Positions 8,582-17,984 of a stretch of DNA of 64,000 bases are shown here, in pieces. A program made the position numbers and the translations under genes. The DNA is taken from NCBI GenBank assembly GCA_048430825.1, contig DBFOLV010000053.1, forward strand, positions 1,403 to 65,402. The letters are read 5' to 3'. Position 1 is the stretch's first letter. Every line of letters begins with the position of its first letter. Origin of the DNA: Collinsella sp. (GTDB taxonomy: Bacteria > Actinomycetota > Coriobacteriia > Coriobacteriales > Coriobacteriaceae). The notes below the pieces were generated by a model. It was not told the origin of the DNA, made no database searches, and saw only the letters and a list, made by a program, of their open reading frames with translations.

Positions 8582-9691
8582 TTAGAGAAGTTCTTTGCGA
8601 GAAGCCAAGTAGGCATGAGCATGGCGCTCAAGAACCTCGTCCTCGACGCTCGTTAGACGAATGGCGCCGAGTGCCGCGGGCAGCGGCAACATACTGCGGT
8701 TCGAGCGGGCGAACTGCTGTCTGCGGAACTCCTCGATAAACGCGGTGGGCTCCAGGTCGAAGGCAAGTTCCTCGATGCCAAAGTCCTCCAGGCAGTCATC
8801 GACCTCAAAGACGTAATCGATATCAAAGTCGCAGGCATCATGTGCTAGGCGCGCCTCAAAGCGCATGCCCTCGGATAACAGCTGATAGGCAGGGACCTGC
8901 GAAGCGGCATCGCCTAAGCAGGCGCGCAGGGTACGCTCCCCCGTCTTGCCAAAATCGAGCGCATGGCGAGCGCTCGGGTTCGTGGCCATCAGTACGTCCT
9001 TACGGGCAGTCTGAGACCATTGAACGGCATTGACGAGCGCGACCTCCTCGCCCGCGAGAATCTCGGGGACGGTCTCAGTAAACTGATTCCAGCGGGACTT
9101 ACTGCTCGAAAGCATGGTGCCAACAAGCACCACAAAGCCGAGCTTGAGGTCCTCGGGGTCCTCCTCGCGAACAAGGTCGAGGTCACACACGACCAAGCCC
9201 GGTTCGGGACGGAACGCGATAGCGGGAAGCGCATTGGCAGACGAGGCGACGAGCGGTTTCATGGTCGTCGCGACCGTAAGCATGGCGTCGAAGGTCGTCG
9301 GCAACAGCGCGCACTCGGTTCGGCCGCACCACTGGTTGGCGCACCAGCTAACAACCGAGCAGGTTGCGGCATCGCCAACGGCGACAACCAGATCGTCGCA
9401 GGTAACGGCGTTGGCAGACAGGGCGCCAAAGATAGCATCAGCATCGGCCAGCGTGGCACCAGCAGGCGAAACCTCGAGGACTAGCGGCGACACGGCAAAA
9501 CCGGCGTCGACCAGCGCATGCTCGACGACCTCACCAAAACGCTCTGACGTGGCGGTGTTCCAAACGACCATCGCGCGCTTAGGCTTGCCCACGGCCGAGG
9601 CAAACATGCGCGACAGTTCATCGAACGCACCCAATCCGACACGGACATCGACGCTGCGGTTTTGGAAATTGATCAGTTGACGGCGAATCAT
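8582..9691 (-). CDS. 3-dehydroquinate synthase (AroB)-like protein with a degenerate active site
   Basis: AroB-like length and position (ATGA-coupled to aroK). Remnant motifs DLVVAVG, LPTT, AF.PEP..V.CD, R..LDFG and GM are present; the catalytic motifs are altered. Confidence 0.75.
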   Translation of the reverse strand: MIRRQLINFQNRSVDVRVGLGAFDELSRMFASAVGKPKRAMVVWNTATSERFGEVVEHALVDAGFAVSPLVLEVSPAGATLADADAIFGALSANAVTCDDLVVAVGDAATCSVVSWCANQWCGRTECALLPTTFDAMLTVATTMKPLVASSANALPAIAFRPEPGLVVCDLDLVREEDPEDLKLGFVVLVGTMLSSSKSRWNQFTETVPEILAGEEVALVNAVQWSQTARKDVLMATNPSARHALDFGKTGERTLRACLGDAASQVPAYQLLSEGMRFEARLAHDACDFDIDYVFEVDDCLEDFGIEELAFDLEPTAFIEEFRRQQFARSNRSMLPLPAALGAIRLTSVEDEVLERHAHAYLASRKELL

Positions 9692-10221
9692 AGCAGCCCA
9701 CGCTCCAAAAGCATCTCGGCACAAAGGTAGGAAACGTCCTCGAAGGACTTGTTGCGAATATCAAGGGTAAGGTCGGCGGCCTGGCGATACAGCGGACGGC
9801 GATGCTCAAACAGGCGCGCAGCATGCTCGGGCGAACGGAAATCGGGGCGCGTGTCGGACCGACGAATCTGTCGAATCGAATCCTCGAAGTCGCCCTCGAG
9901 GTACACGCACGTACCCATTTCGTGCATCAGTTCAATATTCACCGGCGTTTCGACGATACCGCCCCCGCACGAAACCAACAGGCTGCGCTCGCTTTGGAGC
10001 GAACGGAGCGCCGAGGTCTCGAGCTCGCGAAAACGATCCTCGCCCTCGGTCTCAAAAATCTCGGTTACCGACTTGCCGCAACGGCGCACGACCAGACGGT
10101 CGGTATCGATAAAACGCCGCTTGAACATGGTGCCCACGTTGCGCGCAAGCGTCGACTTGCCCGCGCCCAAAAAGCCGATAAAGAAGATATGGTCGCAGCC
10201 GTGTTTGATGTGCTGGGACAT
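9688..10221 (-). CDS. aroK: Shikimate kinase
   Basis: GFLGAGKS Walker A, DTD, EGEDRFRELE, SCGGG, RP and RRPLY motifs. Confidence 0.92.
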   Translation of the reverse strand: MSQHIKHGCDHIFFIGFLGAGKSTLARNVGTMFKRRFIDTDRLVVRRCGKSVTEIFETEGEDRFRELETSALRSLQSERSLLVSCGGGIVETPVNIELMHEMGTCVYLEGDFEDSIRQIRRSDTRPDFRSPEHAARLFEHRRPLYRQAADLTLDIRNKSFEDVSYLCAEMLLERGLL

Positions 10222-10229
10222 GACGAGAC

Positions 10230-10727
10230 CTATTCCTCGCAAGGAAGGTCGCGCAGGGCCCGGCGCTCAAAGATACGGAAGATCTGCGTATACCACAGGT
10301 CCTGCGTCGCCTGCGGCTTTACCAGGATGGTATCGACGCCGGCGAAGTTGCCGCTCCACACGTCCGTGTAGAGCTGATCACCGATCAGCACCGCCTCGTC
10401 AGCCGTGGCGCCGAGGCGCTTAAGACCCGCCTTGAGGGCAAACGGCGCCGGCTTCATGGCATGGCTGATGGCCTCGAGTCCCAGCTCGCGTGCTGATGCC
10501 ATGACCTGGTCGCGATGCCAGTTGTTGGACACCATGCACAGCTTAAAGCCTTTGGCGCGGGCGGTATCGAGCCAAGCGGAAACCGCGGCGGGAACCTGCT
10601 CGGTGTCGCGCGGCACCAGGGTGTTATCGCGATCGAGCAGAATGGCGCGTTTGCCGTCGGCCCAAAGGGTATCAAGGTCGATGCGATCGACCGAGGCAAC
10701 GTAACGTTTGGGGCTAAAAATCCTCAT
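10230..10727 (-). CDS. YqeG-family HAD IIIA phosphatase
   Basis: LLDRDNTL, VSNN, AMKP and IGDQLYTD; likely start MRIFSP at 10727. Confidence 0.9.
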   Translation of the reverse strand: MRIFSPKRYVASVDRIDLDTLWADGKRAILLDRDNTLVPRDTEQVPAAVSAWLDTARAKGFKLCMVSNNWHRDQVMASARELGLEAISHAMKPAPFALKAGLKRLGATADEAVLIGDQLYTDVWSGNFAGVDTILVKPQATQDLWYTQIFRIFERRALRDLPCEE

Positions 10728-10728
10728 G

Positions 10729-12162
10729 CTAATTCCAAGACTGTTGATGCTCTTCGTAGGTTTGCGAGAAGTACTCCTCGTCCTGCGTAATGTAGAAATA
10801 CAGGTCATCGGAGTCGGTCGGCTCAAGCGTGGCCTTGAGTGCCTCGAGCGACGGAGAGCAGATGGGCGTGGGCGGCAGGCCCTCGTGCTTATAGGTGTTA
10901 TACGGACTATCGCTCTGCAGGTCGTCGGCGGTAACCTCGCCACCGGTGACATACATCATGGTCGCATCGCTGTTGAGATAGCGCAGACCATCGAGCTTGC
11001 CGGCAAGACGGTTGTAGAAGACCGAGGCCACGTGCGCGCGCTGGTCGGCGTTGAGGCCCTCGCGCTCAACGATAGAGGCCAAGTTGACGATGTCGTAGTC
11101 GGACATCTCCACACCGTAGCGTTCCTTGATCTTGGCTTCGCAGCTCGCAAAGTCAAGCGACTTGTACTCGGTCTTAAACTGATCGAGCATAGCGCGAATC
11201 ACGCCATCGGCCGTCGGCAAATCACCCAACGAATAGGTCTTGGGGAACAAGAAACCCTCGAGCGAATCGTTGGCGGCGCCCTTAAGGAAGCTATAGTCGT
11301 CCACGTAGTTGGAGGCCTTGGCCTGGTTGAGGAAGTCTTCCTTAGAGATGCTGTCGTAGGCCTGGGCCACACGGTCGGCGACTTGATCGACCGTCAGGCC
11401 CTCAGGGATAGTCAGCGCACTGGAGCCCGCGTTGGGGCCTTCCATGAGCTGCTGAACAACCTTGGTCGCATCCATGAGTGTGGTGAACGAATAATCACCG
11501 GGCCTGAGCGACATATCGGCGTTGAGCTTTTTCACCGCCGCATAGTAATCCTTGGGATTTTCTACGATATGGTTCTCGGAGAGAATCGAGGCGATCGTAT
11601 CGCCTGAAGCACCATCGGGAATGGTCACCGTAACCTGCTGACCAGCCGTGACCTTCGTATCCTCACCGGCAAAGAAGCCCTTGACGGCCGGCACGACAAA
11701 GAAAGCGATCGCAGCAAGCGCGAGCACCGCCACCACAACGCCGATAATCATAGGCACCGGGGAGCTTTTCTTTTGAGCACCGCGACGAGCATGCGTGTTG
11801 TAGCTCGAGCGGGTCGCCGGAGCAACGCCATGCGAACCGCGAGCGTGATGCGAATGCGATTGAGGGACCTGAGTTCGCTGGGTAGGTGCCTGCTGCTTAA
11901 AGCGGGTACCGCCTGCAGGCTGGGCCGTACGAGCAGTGGGCTGTTGAGCCGCGTGAGAAGCCGAATGCTGAACCGAACGAGCAGAAGGCTGCTGACCCGT
12001 CCGTTGAACAGGTTGGGCCGAATGAGAGAAGGACTGCACCGAGCGCGCGGCAGACTGAGCTGCGCGCTGCGTCGGCTGTGCCAGACGCTGGCCAGGCTGG
12101 GCAGGGCGCGACGCCGGCTGCCGTGTACGATTCTGCTGGCGCGGATCGGAAGCGCTAGACAT
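10729..12162 (-). CDS. mltG: Endolytic transglycosylase MltG with long N-terminal low-complexity tail
   Basis: One TM helix, then LTIPEG, LEGFLFPKTY, LASIVERE, VFYNRL, SPYNTY..GLPPTPI. Confidence 0.93.
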   Translation of the reverse strand: MSSASDPRQQNRTRQPASRPAQPGQRLAQPTQRAAQSAARSVQSFSHSAQPVQRTGQQPSARSVQHSASHAAQQPTARTAQPAGGTRFKQQAPTQRTQVPQSHSHHARGSHGVAPATRSSYNTHARRGAQKKSSPVPMIIGVVVAVLALAAIAFFVVPAVKGFFAGEDTKVTAGQQVTVTIPDGASGDTIASILSENHIVENPKDYYAAVKKLNADMSLRPGDYSFTTLMDATKVVQQLMEGPNAGSSALTIPEGLTVDQVADRVAQAYDSISKEDFLNQAKASNYVDDYSFLKGAANDSLEGFLFPKTYSLGDLPTADGVIRAMLDQFKTEYKSLDFASCEAKIKERYGVEMSDYDIVNLASIVEREGLNADQRAHVASVFYNRLAGKLDGLRYLNSDATMMYVTGGEVTADDLQSDSPYNTYKHEGLPPTPICSPSLEALKATLEPTDSDDLYFYITQDEEYFSQTYEEHQQSWN

Positions 12163-12583
12163 GCGAAACCTCCTCGTTTTTACGATCGAGCCACGTCTGC
12201 AAAAACAGGCTGGCGGCAATCATGTCGATCTTGCCCCTCATCTGCTTTTCGTTGAGGCCCTGCTCGCGCAGGATACGCTTGGCCTCTTGCGAAGACAGAC
12301 GTTCGTCCTCAAACTCCAGCGGAAGATCGAGCTCGTCGGCAATCTTTTGCGCCACGGCGGCAACGCGCTCGGCCTGGGGGCCGGGCTCACCGGCCATGGT
12401 CAGGGGGCGTCCGCTTACCAGGATGTCGGGCTCATAGTCCTCAACCAGGTAGCGGAACGTCTTGGCCATACCGGTGACCTCGGCAGCCGGAAGCACCTTG
12501 ACAGGCATCGCCATCTTGCCATCACGGCTCGAGACGGCGATGCCAATCCTGGTCTCCCCTATGTCCAGCGCGAGCGCAACCAC
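12155..12583 (-). CDS. ruvX: RuvX/YqgF pre-16S rRNA nuclease
   Basis: ALDIGETRIGIAVS, DERLSS, IDMIAASLFLQ. Confidence 0.93.
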   Translation of the reverse strand: MVALALDIGETRIGIAVSSRDGKMAMPVKVLPAAEVTGMAKTFRYLVEDYEPDILVSGRPLTMAGEPGPQAERVAAVAQKIADELDLPLEFEDERLSSQEAKRILREQGLNEKQMRGKIDMIAASLFLQTWLDRKNEEVSHV

Positions 12584-12600
12584 AGCGACTTCTTAGATTC

Positions 12601-15258
12601 TTAGGCGCCGAGCGCGGTCTTAGCGGCCGCGAGGGCATCGGCGATGCCGGCAGCATTCTTGCCACCGGCCTGGGCCATGTTGGGACGACCGCCACCGCGA
12701 CCGTCGACCAGACCCGCGATCTGCTTGATCACGTTACCGGCGTGGAAACCGGCCTTGACGGCGTCATCGGAGCCGGCAGCGAGCAGGGCCGGAGTGCCCT
12801 TCTCAGTCACGCTGGCGACGACACAAGCGACGGGGCCGGCGACCTTCTGATGCACGGTATCCCATACGTTGCGCAGGTCGGCAGCCTCAAGGCCCTGGAG
12901 CTCAGCGACAACGAGCTTATAGCCGTCGAGCTCGACGGCGCCCTCGATGGCGCTGGAGATGGCGTCGGAGGAGCCACCGGTCAGAGCCTTTTTGAGCTTG
13001 TTGGACGTCTCGCGCAGCTCAGCCTGCAGGTTCTCCACGCGGGCGGGAACCTCGTCGACGCGGCACTTGAGCGCAGCGGCGGCGGCGTCAACGAGCGCCA
13101 GGCGGTCGGCCATGTAGTCGAGGGCACCCTTAGAGGTCACGGCCTCGATACGGCGGACATTGGAGCCCGTGGAGGACTCGGAAATGATCTTGAACAGACC
13201 AATCTCTGCGGTATTGGCGGCATGGGTGCCACCACAGAGCTCGCGGGAGAACGGCTGGTCCTCAGCGCCCACGGAGACGACGCGGACGACATCGCCGTAC
13301 TTCTCTCCAAACAGAGCGACAGCGCCGGCAGCCTTAGCCTCGTCGATGCCCATGACACGGGTCACGACCGGCTTGGAAGCGAAGATCTGCTGGTTGACCA
13401 GGTCCTCGACAGCCTTGAGCTGCTCGGAGGACAGGGCCTCGAAGTGCGTGAAGTCAAAGCGTAGGTGCTCGGGCGTCACCAGCGAGCCGGCCTGGGAGAC
13501 GTGCTCGCCCAGGACCTGCTTAAGGGCAGCGTCGAGCAGGTGCGTGGCGGTGTGGTTGCGGCGCAGGAAGCCACGGCGCTCGGCGTCGAGCGCGGCGGTA
13601 ACAGCGGCACCGACAGCCAGCGTGCCCTCGGCAACGTGCGCGACGTGGGCATACAGGCCGTTGTGGTTCTTGGTGTCGGCAACGGTCAGAACAACGCCCT
13701 CGGCGGAAAGCTTGCCGGCATCGCCCTGCTGGCCACCCATCTCGGCATAGAACGGGGTGCGGTCGAGCACAACCTCGACATCCTCGCCGGCGGCAGCGGA
13801 CTCGACGGACTCGCCGTTGCGCACGATGGCGACAACCTTGGCGCCCTCGATCACATCGTTGTCATAGCCGTCGAACTCGGTCGCTGCGACCTTGTCCGAA
13901 AGCTCGACCCACACGTCGTTGAAGCTGCCCCAGGCGTCGCCCTTGGCATTGGCGCGGGCGCGGGCCTTCTGGTCCTCCATGCAGGCAGTGAAGCCGTCCA
14001 TATCGACGTCGTGGCCAGCGGTGCCGGCGATCTCGACGGTCAGATCGATGGGGAAACCAAAGGTGTCGTGCAGTTTAAAGGCGACATCGCCCGAAAGCAC
14101 GGCGCCCTCGGCAAGCGCTGCCAGGGCCTCGTCCAGATAGACGCGGCCGTTGTCGAGCGTCGTGGAGAAGCGCTCCTCCTCGGAGGCGACGATACCCTTG
14201 ACGAGCGCGACATTCTTGAGCAGCTCGGGATAAGCCTCACCCATCTGAGCGTTAACCTCGTCGATGAACTTGGTCAGGAAGGCGCCCTCGATGCCCAGCA
14301 GGCGACCGTGGAACACGGCACGACGGAGCAGGCGGCGAAGGACGTACTCGCGACCCTCGTTACCGGGAAGGATGCCGTCCGAGATCATAAAGTCGACGGC
14401 ACGGGAGTGGTCGGCGATGATACGCAGGGAGCGGCTGGCGCCAGAGTAATCGTCGGCGTCATAGGTCTTGCCGCTAATCTTCTCGCCCAGCTTGATGAGG
14501 TGCTGCATCAGATCGCCGTCGTAGTTGGCGGTCTTGTGCTGCATGATGGCGGCCATGCGCTCCAGGCCCATGCCCGTATCGAGGTTGCGGTGCGGCAGCT
14601 CCGGCATGGAGCCGTCCTCCTGGCGGTCGTACTGGGTAAAGACGAGGTTCCAGAACTCCAGGAAGCGGTCGCAGTCGCAGCCAGGCTTGCAGTCGGGGCT
14701 GCCGCAGCCGACCTCCTCGCCCATGTCAAAGTAGATCTCGGAGCACGGACCGCAGGGACCGGTGGGGCCAGCGGCCCAGAAGTTATCGTCCTCGCCCAGG
14801 CGGGAGATGTGGTCCTCAGCAACGCCCAGAGAACGCCACACGTCGTGGGTCTCGTCGTCCTCGGTAAAGACGGTGAAGTACAGGCGGTCGAGCGGCAGCT
14901 TGAACTCCTTGGTGATGAGCTCAAAGGCCCAGGCGCAAGCCTGCTGCTTGGAGACGCCGCCAAAGGAGAAGTCGCCGAGCATCTCAAAGAAGGACAGGTG
15001 ACGGCCGTCCTCGCCGATGCAATCGATATCGTTGGTGCGGACGCACTTCTGGCAGGAGATAGCGCCGATCTCCTTCATGGTCTTCTTGCCCTGGTAGTAC
15101 TCCTTAAACTGGTTCATGCCGGCGTTGGCAAGCAGCAGCGAGGGATCATCGGGGACGAGGGACGAAGAAGGATAGAGCTTAAGACCGCGCTCCTCAAAGA
15201 AGTTGAGGAACTTGGAGCGAATCTCGGCCGTAGTCATTGACGGGTAGTCAGCACTCAT
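12601..15258 (-). CDS. alaS: Alanine--tRNA ligase
   Basis: NAGMNQFK, FFEMLG, GPCGPCSEI, NHTATHLL, ELCGGTH, GGGRPNMAQAGG. Confidence 0.98.
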   Translation of the reverse strand: MSADYPSMTTAEIRSKFLNFFEERGLKLYPSSSLVPDDPSLLLANAGMNQFKEYYQGKKTMKEIGAISCQKCVRTNDIDCIGEDGRHLSFFEMLGDFSFGGVSKQQACAWAFELITKEFKLPLDRLYFTVFTEDDETHDVWRSLGVAEDHISRLGEDDNFWAAGPTGPCGPCSEIYFDMGEEVGCGSPDCKPGCDCDRFLEFWNLVFTQYDRQEDGSMPELPHRNLDTGMGLERMAAIMQHKTANYDGDLMQHLIKLGEKISGKTYDADDYSGASRSLRIIADHSRAVDFMISDGILPGNEGREYVLRRLLRRAVFHGRLLGIEGAFLTKFIDEVNAQMGEAYPELLKNVALVKGIVASEEERFSTTLDNGRVYLDEALAALAEGAVLSGDVAFKLHDTFGFPIDLTVEIAGTAGHDVDMDGFTACMEDQKARARANAKGDAWGSFNDVWVELSDKVAATEFDGYDNDVIEGAKVVAIVRNGESVESAAAGEDVEVVLDRTPFYAEMGGQQGDAGKLSAEGVVLTVADTKNHNGLYAHVAHVAEGTLAVGAAVTAALDAERRGFLRRNHTATHLLDAALKQVLGEHVSQAGSLVTPEHLRFDFTHFEALSSEQLKAVEDLVNQQIFASKPVVTRVMGIDEAKAAGAVALFGEKYGDVVRVVSVGAEDQPFSRELCGGTHAANTAEIGLFKIISESSTGSNVRRIEAVTSKGALDYMADRLALVDAAAAALKCRVDEVPARVENLQAELRETSNKLKKALTGGSSDAISSAIEGAVELDGYKLVVAELQGLEAADLRNVWDTVHQKVAGPVACVVASVTEKGTPALLAAGSDDAVKAGFHAGNVIKQIAGLVDGRGGGRPNMAQAGGKNAAGIADALAAAKTALGA

Positions 15259-15330
15259 AGAGGGAATCTCCTCGGTTTCACATCGAAACAGTTCAAACGT
15301 AACGATATTACCATCCCACCGCGCCTGTGC

Positions 15331-15360
15331 AAAAAAGAGGGCCGGCACAATGCCGGCCCT
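15331..15360 (-). terminator. Intrinsic terminator ending the sigma/AI-2E operon
   Basis: AGGGCCGGCA / TGCCGGCCCT stem followed by CTTTTTT on the minus strand. Confidence 0.8.
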
Positions 15361-15410
15361 TCAGCGAAATTGCATGTTAGCGCGTATGAATATTAATCCG
15401 AATTACCCCG

Positions 15411-16817
15411 CTAGTTGTCATCATCGTCCATGGAGCCGTCGATGCCGGTTTTGGTGTCGTCCGTGTTGGAATCGTCATCCTTGGCAAAGGGGTTCTTGAA
15501 GAAGCCCGTGGAATCGGGTTGCAAACCCGAGAGCTTGATCCAGGGATTATCGAGCTCGGGCTTGGGCATGGCCTTGGCCTCGGGCGCAGTCTCGTTGCCG
15601 ATGAGCTCGGACTCGTAGATGAAGGTGTCGTCGCCGAGCGCGTCGTAGGCGGCGACCGGGTTGCCATCGGCATCGCGGTACGGCGTGCCCTTAAACACGG
15701 CGCCGTCATAGGCCACAAGCTGTCGGCCGGTCTCATTCTCGAAGTAGTACACGAAGATACCCTTGAGGGCCGCACAAAGCGGGATGGCAATAATCATGCC
15801 GATGGGGCCCATGAGTGCCGAGCCAATAACGAGCGCCGTGAGGCTCATGATGGGATGCACCTGCACCGAGCTCTGCATGACCTTGGGCGAAATGACGTTA
15901 TCGGTGACGTTTTGCGCGACCATCGTCACGATGAGCGTCCATAACGCCAACATGGGGCTGAACATGAAACCGAGCACCGTGGCGATTGCTGCGCTCACCC
16001 AGGGACCGACGACCGGAACCAAATGCATGATGCCGGTAAAGATAGCCATGAGCGCCGCATACGGATGGCCGATGATCATAAAACCGATAAAGGCGAGGAA
16101 ACCACCGCAGATGGACGTCACGACCATACCGCGCATGTAGCCGCCGACAGAGCGAGAAAGGATGGCGACCATAAAGCGGTACGAGGTCTCCTTCTCCTGA
16201 CCGATGATGGTGCAAATCTCGTGGTGCATGCGAGGGTAGTCGCAGGCCATCCAGTAGGCAAGCACCAAGCCAAGGAAGATAACGAACAGCTGCGAGGCCG
16301 TATTGGTGATGAGTGGGAACACACCACGACCAAGCTCGGCGGCAATCTGAGACACATACCTCGATGCCACGGCAACCAGCGACGAAAGATTATCGTCCAA
16401 ATACTCCTTGAGCGGCGTGTTGTTGAGCGTCTTTGCATGCGAGATCATCTCGTTGAGATCGCCACCTGCAACACGAAGCTGCTCGGGCAGGCGGCTCAGG
16501 ACTTCCATGATCTGACCAAAGAGAATCGGCGACAAGATACAAACGACACCGACGAGCACGGCAACAACAACAATAAGCGCGATAAGCGAACCGATGCCGC
16601 GATTCACGCCATGGTGCTCGAGCCAGTTGGTGATCGGGGACATCACAAAAGCAATGATGGAGCCGACGGCAAGAAACTCAATAACCGGCGCCAGGATGCC
16701 CATAAGGTTAAAGATGACAGCAGCAATAACAATGCAGCCGACAACAGCCCAAATGCGCAGCGTCAGAATGCGGGTGTCGCGCAGCACGCGATCGGTTTGT
16801 TGGGGGTGCTCACTCAT
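15411..16817 (-). CDS. AI-2E (PerM/UPF0118) family transporter
   Basis: Multiple TM helices; LVPVVGP, DNVISPKVM..SVQVHP and GPIGMIIAIP motifs. Confidence 0.9.
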   Translation of the reverse strand: MSEHPQQTDRVLRDTRILTLRIWAVVGCIVIAAVIFNLMGILAPVIEFLAVGSIIAFVMSPITNWLEHHGVNRGIGSLIALIVVVAVLVGVVCILSPILFGQIMEVLSRLPEQLRVAGGDLNEMISHAKTLNNTPLKEYLDDNLSSLVAVASRYVSQIAAELGRGVFPLITNTASQLFVIFLGLVLAYWMACDYPRMHHEICTIIGQEKETSYRFMVAILSRSVGGYMRGMVVTSICGGFLAFIGFMIIGHPYAALMAIFTGIMHLVPVVGPWVSAAIATVLGFMFSPMLALWTLIVTMVAQNVTDNVISPKVMQSSVQVHPIMSLTALVIGSALMGPIGMIIAIPLCAALKGIFVYYFENETGRQLVAYDGAVFKGTPYRDADGNPVAAYDALGDDTFIYESELIGNETAPEAKAMPKPELDNPWIKLSGLQPDSTGFFKNPFAKDDDSNTDDTKTGIDGSMDDDDN

Positions 16818-17605
16818 GAACGAATCATCACTCCGTCGGGGTCGATCTTGTCCTGAATCTTCTTAAGCGTGCGGCGCAGCAGACGCGAAACCTGCACCTG
16901 AGAAATACCCAGCTTCTTGGCGATCTCGATCTGGGTCATGCCCTTCACAAAGCGCAGCTCGATCACCTCGCGCTCGCGCGGCGAGAAATCACGTATGGCT
17001 TCCTCGATCACTAGGCGGTCATCGGTAAAGTCGAGCTCGTTGTCGTCGTCGGCGTAACGGTCGAGAATCGAAGGGGCATCGTCGGAATCGGACGCACCAG
17101 GAGCCTCGATGGGCACCGAGGTATAGGCCGAAGACGATTCCATAGCCTCGAGGACCTCATCGACAGTCACATCTAGATACTCAGCGATCTCCTCAACCTT
17201 GGGCGAACGCTGCAGCTCGTTGGTAAGTTTGTCAGTAGCCTGGTTGACCTTGGCCGAGAGCTCCTGCAGACGACGCGGTACGCGCACGCTCCAGCCCTTG
17301 TCGCGGAAATGGCGCTTGATCTCGCCCAGGATAGTGGGTGTCGCAAACGTCGTGAACTCAAGACCGCGCTCGGGATCAAAACGGTCAATAGCCTTGAGCA
17401 AACCCAGATAGCCGACCTGCATGAGGTCGTCGAGCGGCTCGCCGCGATTCTTAAATTTGTTGGCAAGAAACCTTACCAGGTTCATATGGGACATGACGAG
17501 CTGTTCGCGGGCGTCCGGATCACCGGTCTCCTTGTAGCGACGAAACAGCTCGCGGGTTTTCTCCTTGTCCCAAGCGGTCTTGCCGCTCCGGGAACGTTCG
17601 GTCAT
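16814..17605 (-). CDS. SigB/SigF-type group 3 sigma-70 factor
   Basis: DLMQVGYLGLLKAIDRFDPERG, FATPTILGEIKRHFRDKGWSVRVPRRLQE, TQIEIA..LGISQVQVSRL. Confidence 0.95.
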   Translation of the reverse strand: MTERSRSGKTAWDKEKTRELFRRYKETGDPDAREQLVMSHMNLVRFLANKFKNRGEPLDDLMQVGYLGLLKAIDRFDPERGLEFTTFATPTILGEIKRHFRDKGWSVRVPRRLQELSAKVNQATDKLTNELQRSPKVEEIAEYLDVTVDEVLEAMESSSAYTSVPIEAPGASDSDDAPSILDRYADDDNELDFTDDRLVIEEAIRDFSPREREVIELRFVKGMTQIEIAKKLGISQVQVSRLLRRTLKKIQDKIDPDGVMIRS

Positions 17606-17606
17606 A

Positions 17607-17984
17607 TTAAATATCCGCCTTGAGGTCGAGGGAAAGCGTCAGGGGCGCCGCAGTCTTTTCGTAGGAGTCGCACACGCTCGCCAAAATAAGCTCGGCATAA
17701 ACAGCAGCCTGGTCATCCTCGTCGACGGTGGCCTGATCGCCAAAGGTAAAGGTCATGCCAACGTGAGATTCATCGACATCGAATTTGATTGAGATGTCGT
17801 CGGAATCAACAGCCGTGCAGCCAAAGATAAAGGCTTCCTCGGCAGCCATGCGGATGTCCTCGATGCGATCGACAGACATAGAGCACAGGGCACCAACGTT
17901 GGCTGCCGTCATGCGCACAAGGCGAGCGAGACGCGGGTCACCGGCAACGGTCAGCGTGATAGGGCAGGTTGCTTCGCTACTCAT
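17607..17984 (-). CDS. RsbW-like anti-sigma factor lacking kinase motifs
   Basis: RsbW-type N-terminus (ITLTVAGDPRLARLVR...IEDIRMAAEEA) directly upstream of the sigma gene; 125 aa; GAGGAG SD. Confidence 0.75.
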   Translation of the reverse strand: MSSEATCPITLTVAGDPRLARLVRMTAANVGALCSMSVDRIEDIRMAAEEAFIFGCTAVDSDDISIKFDVDESHVGMTFTFGDQATVDEDDQAAVYAELILASVCDSYEKTAAPLTLSLDLKADI

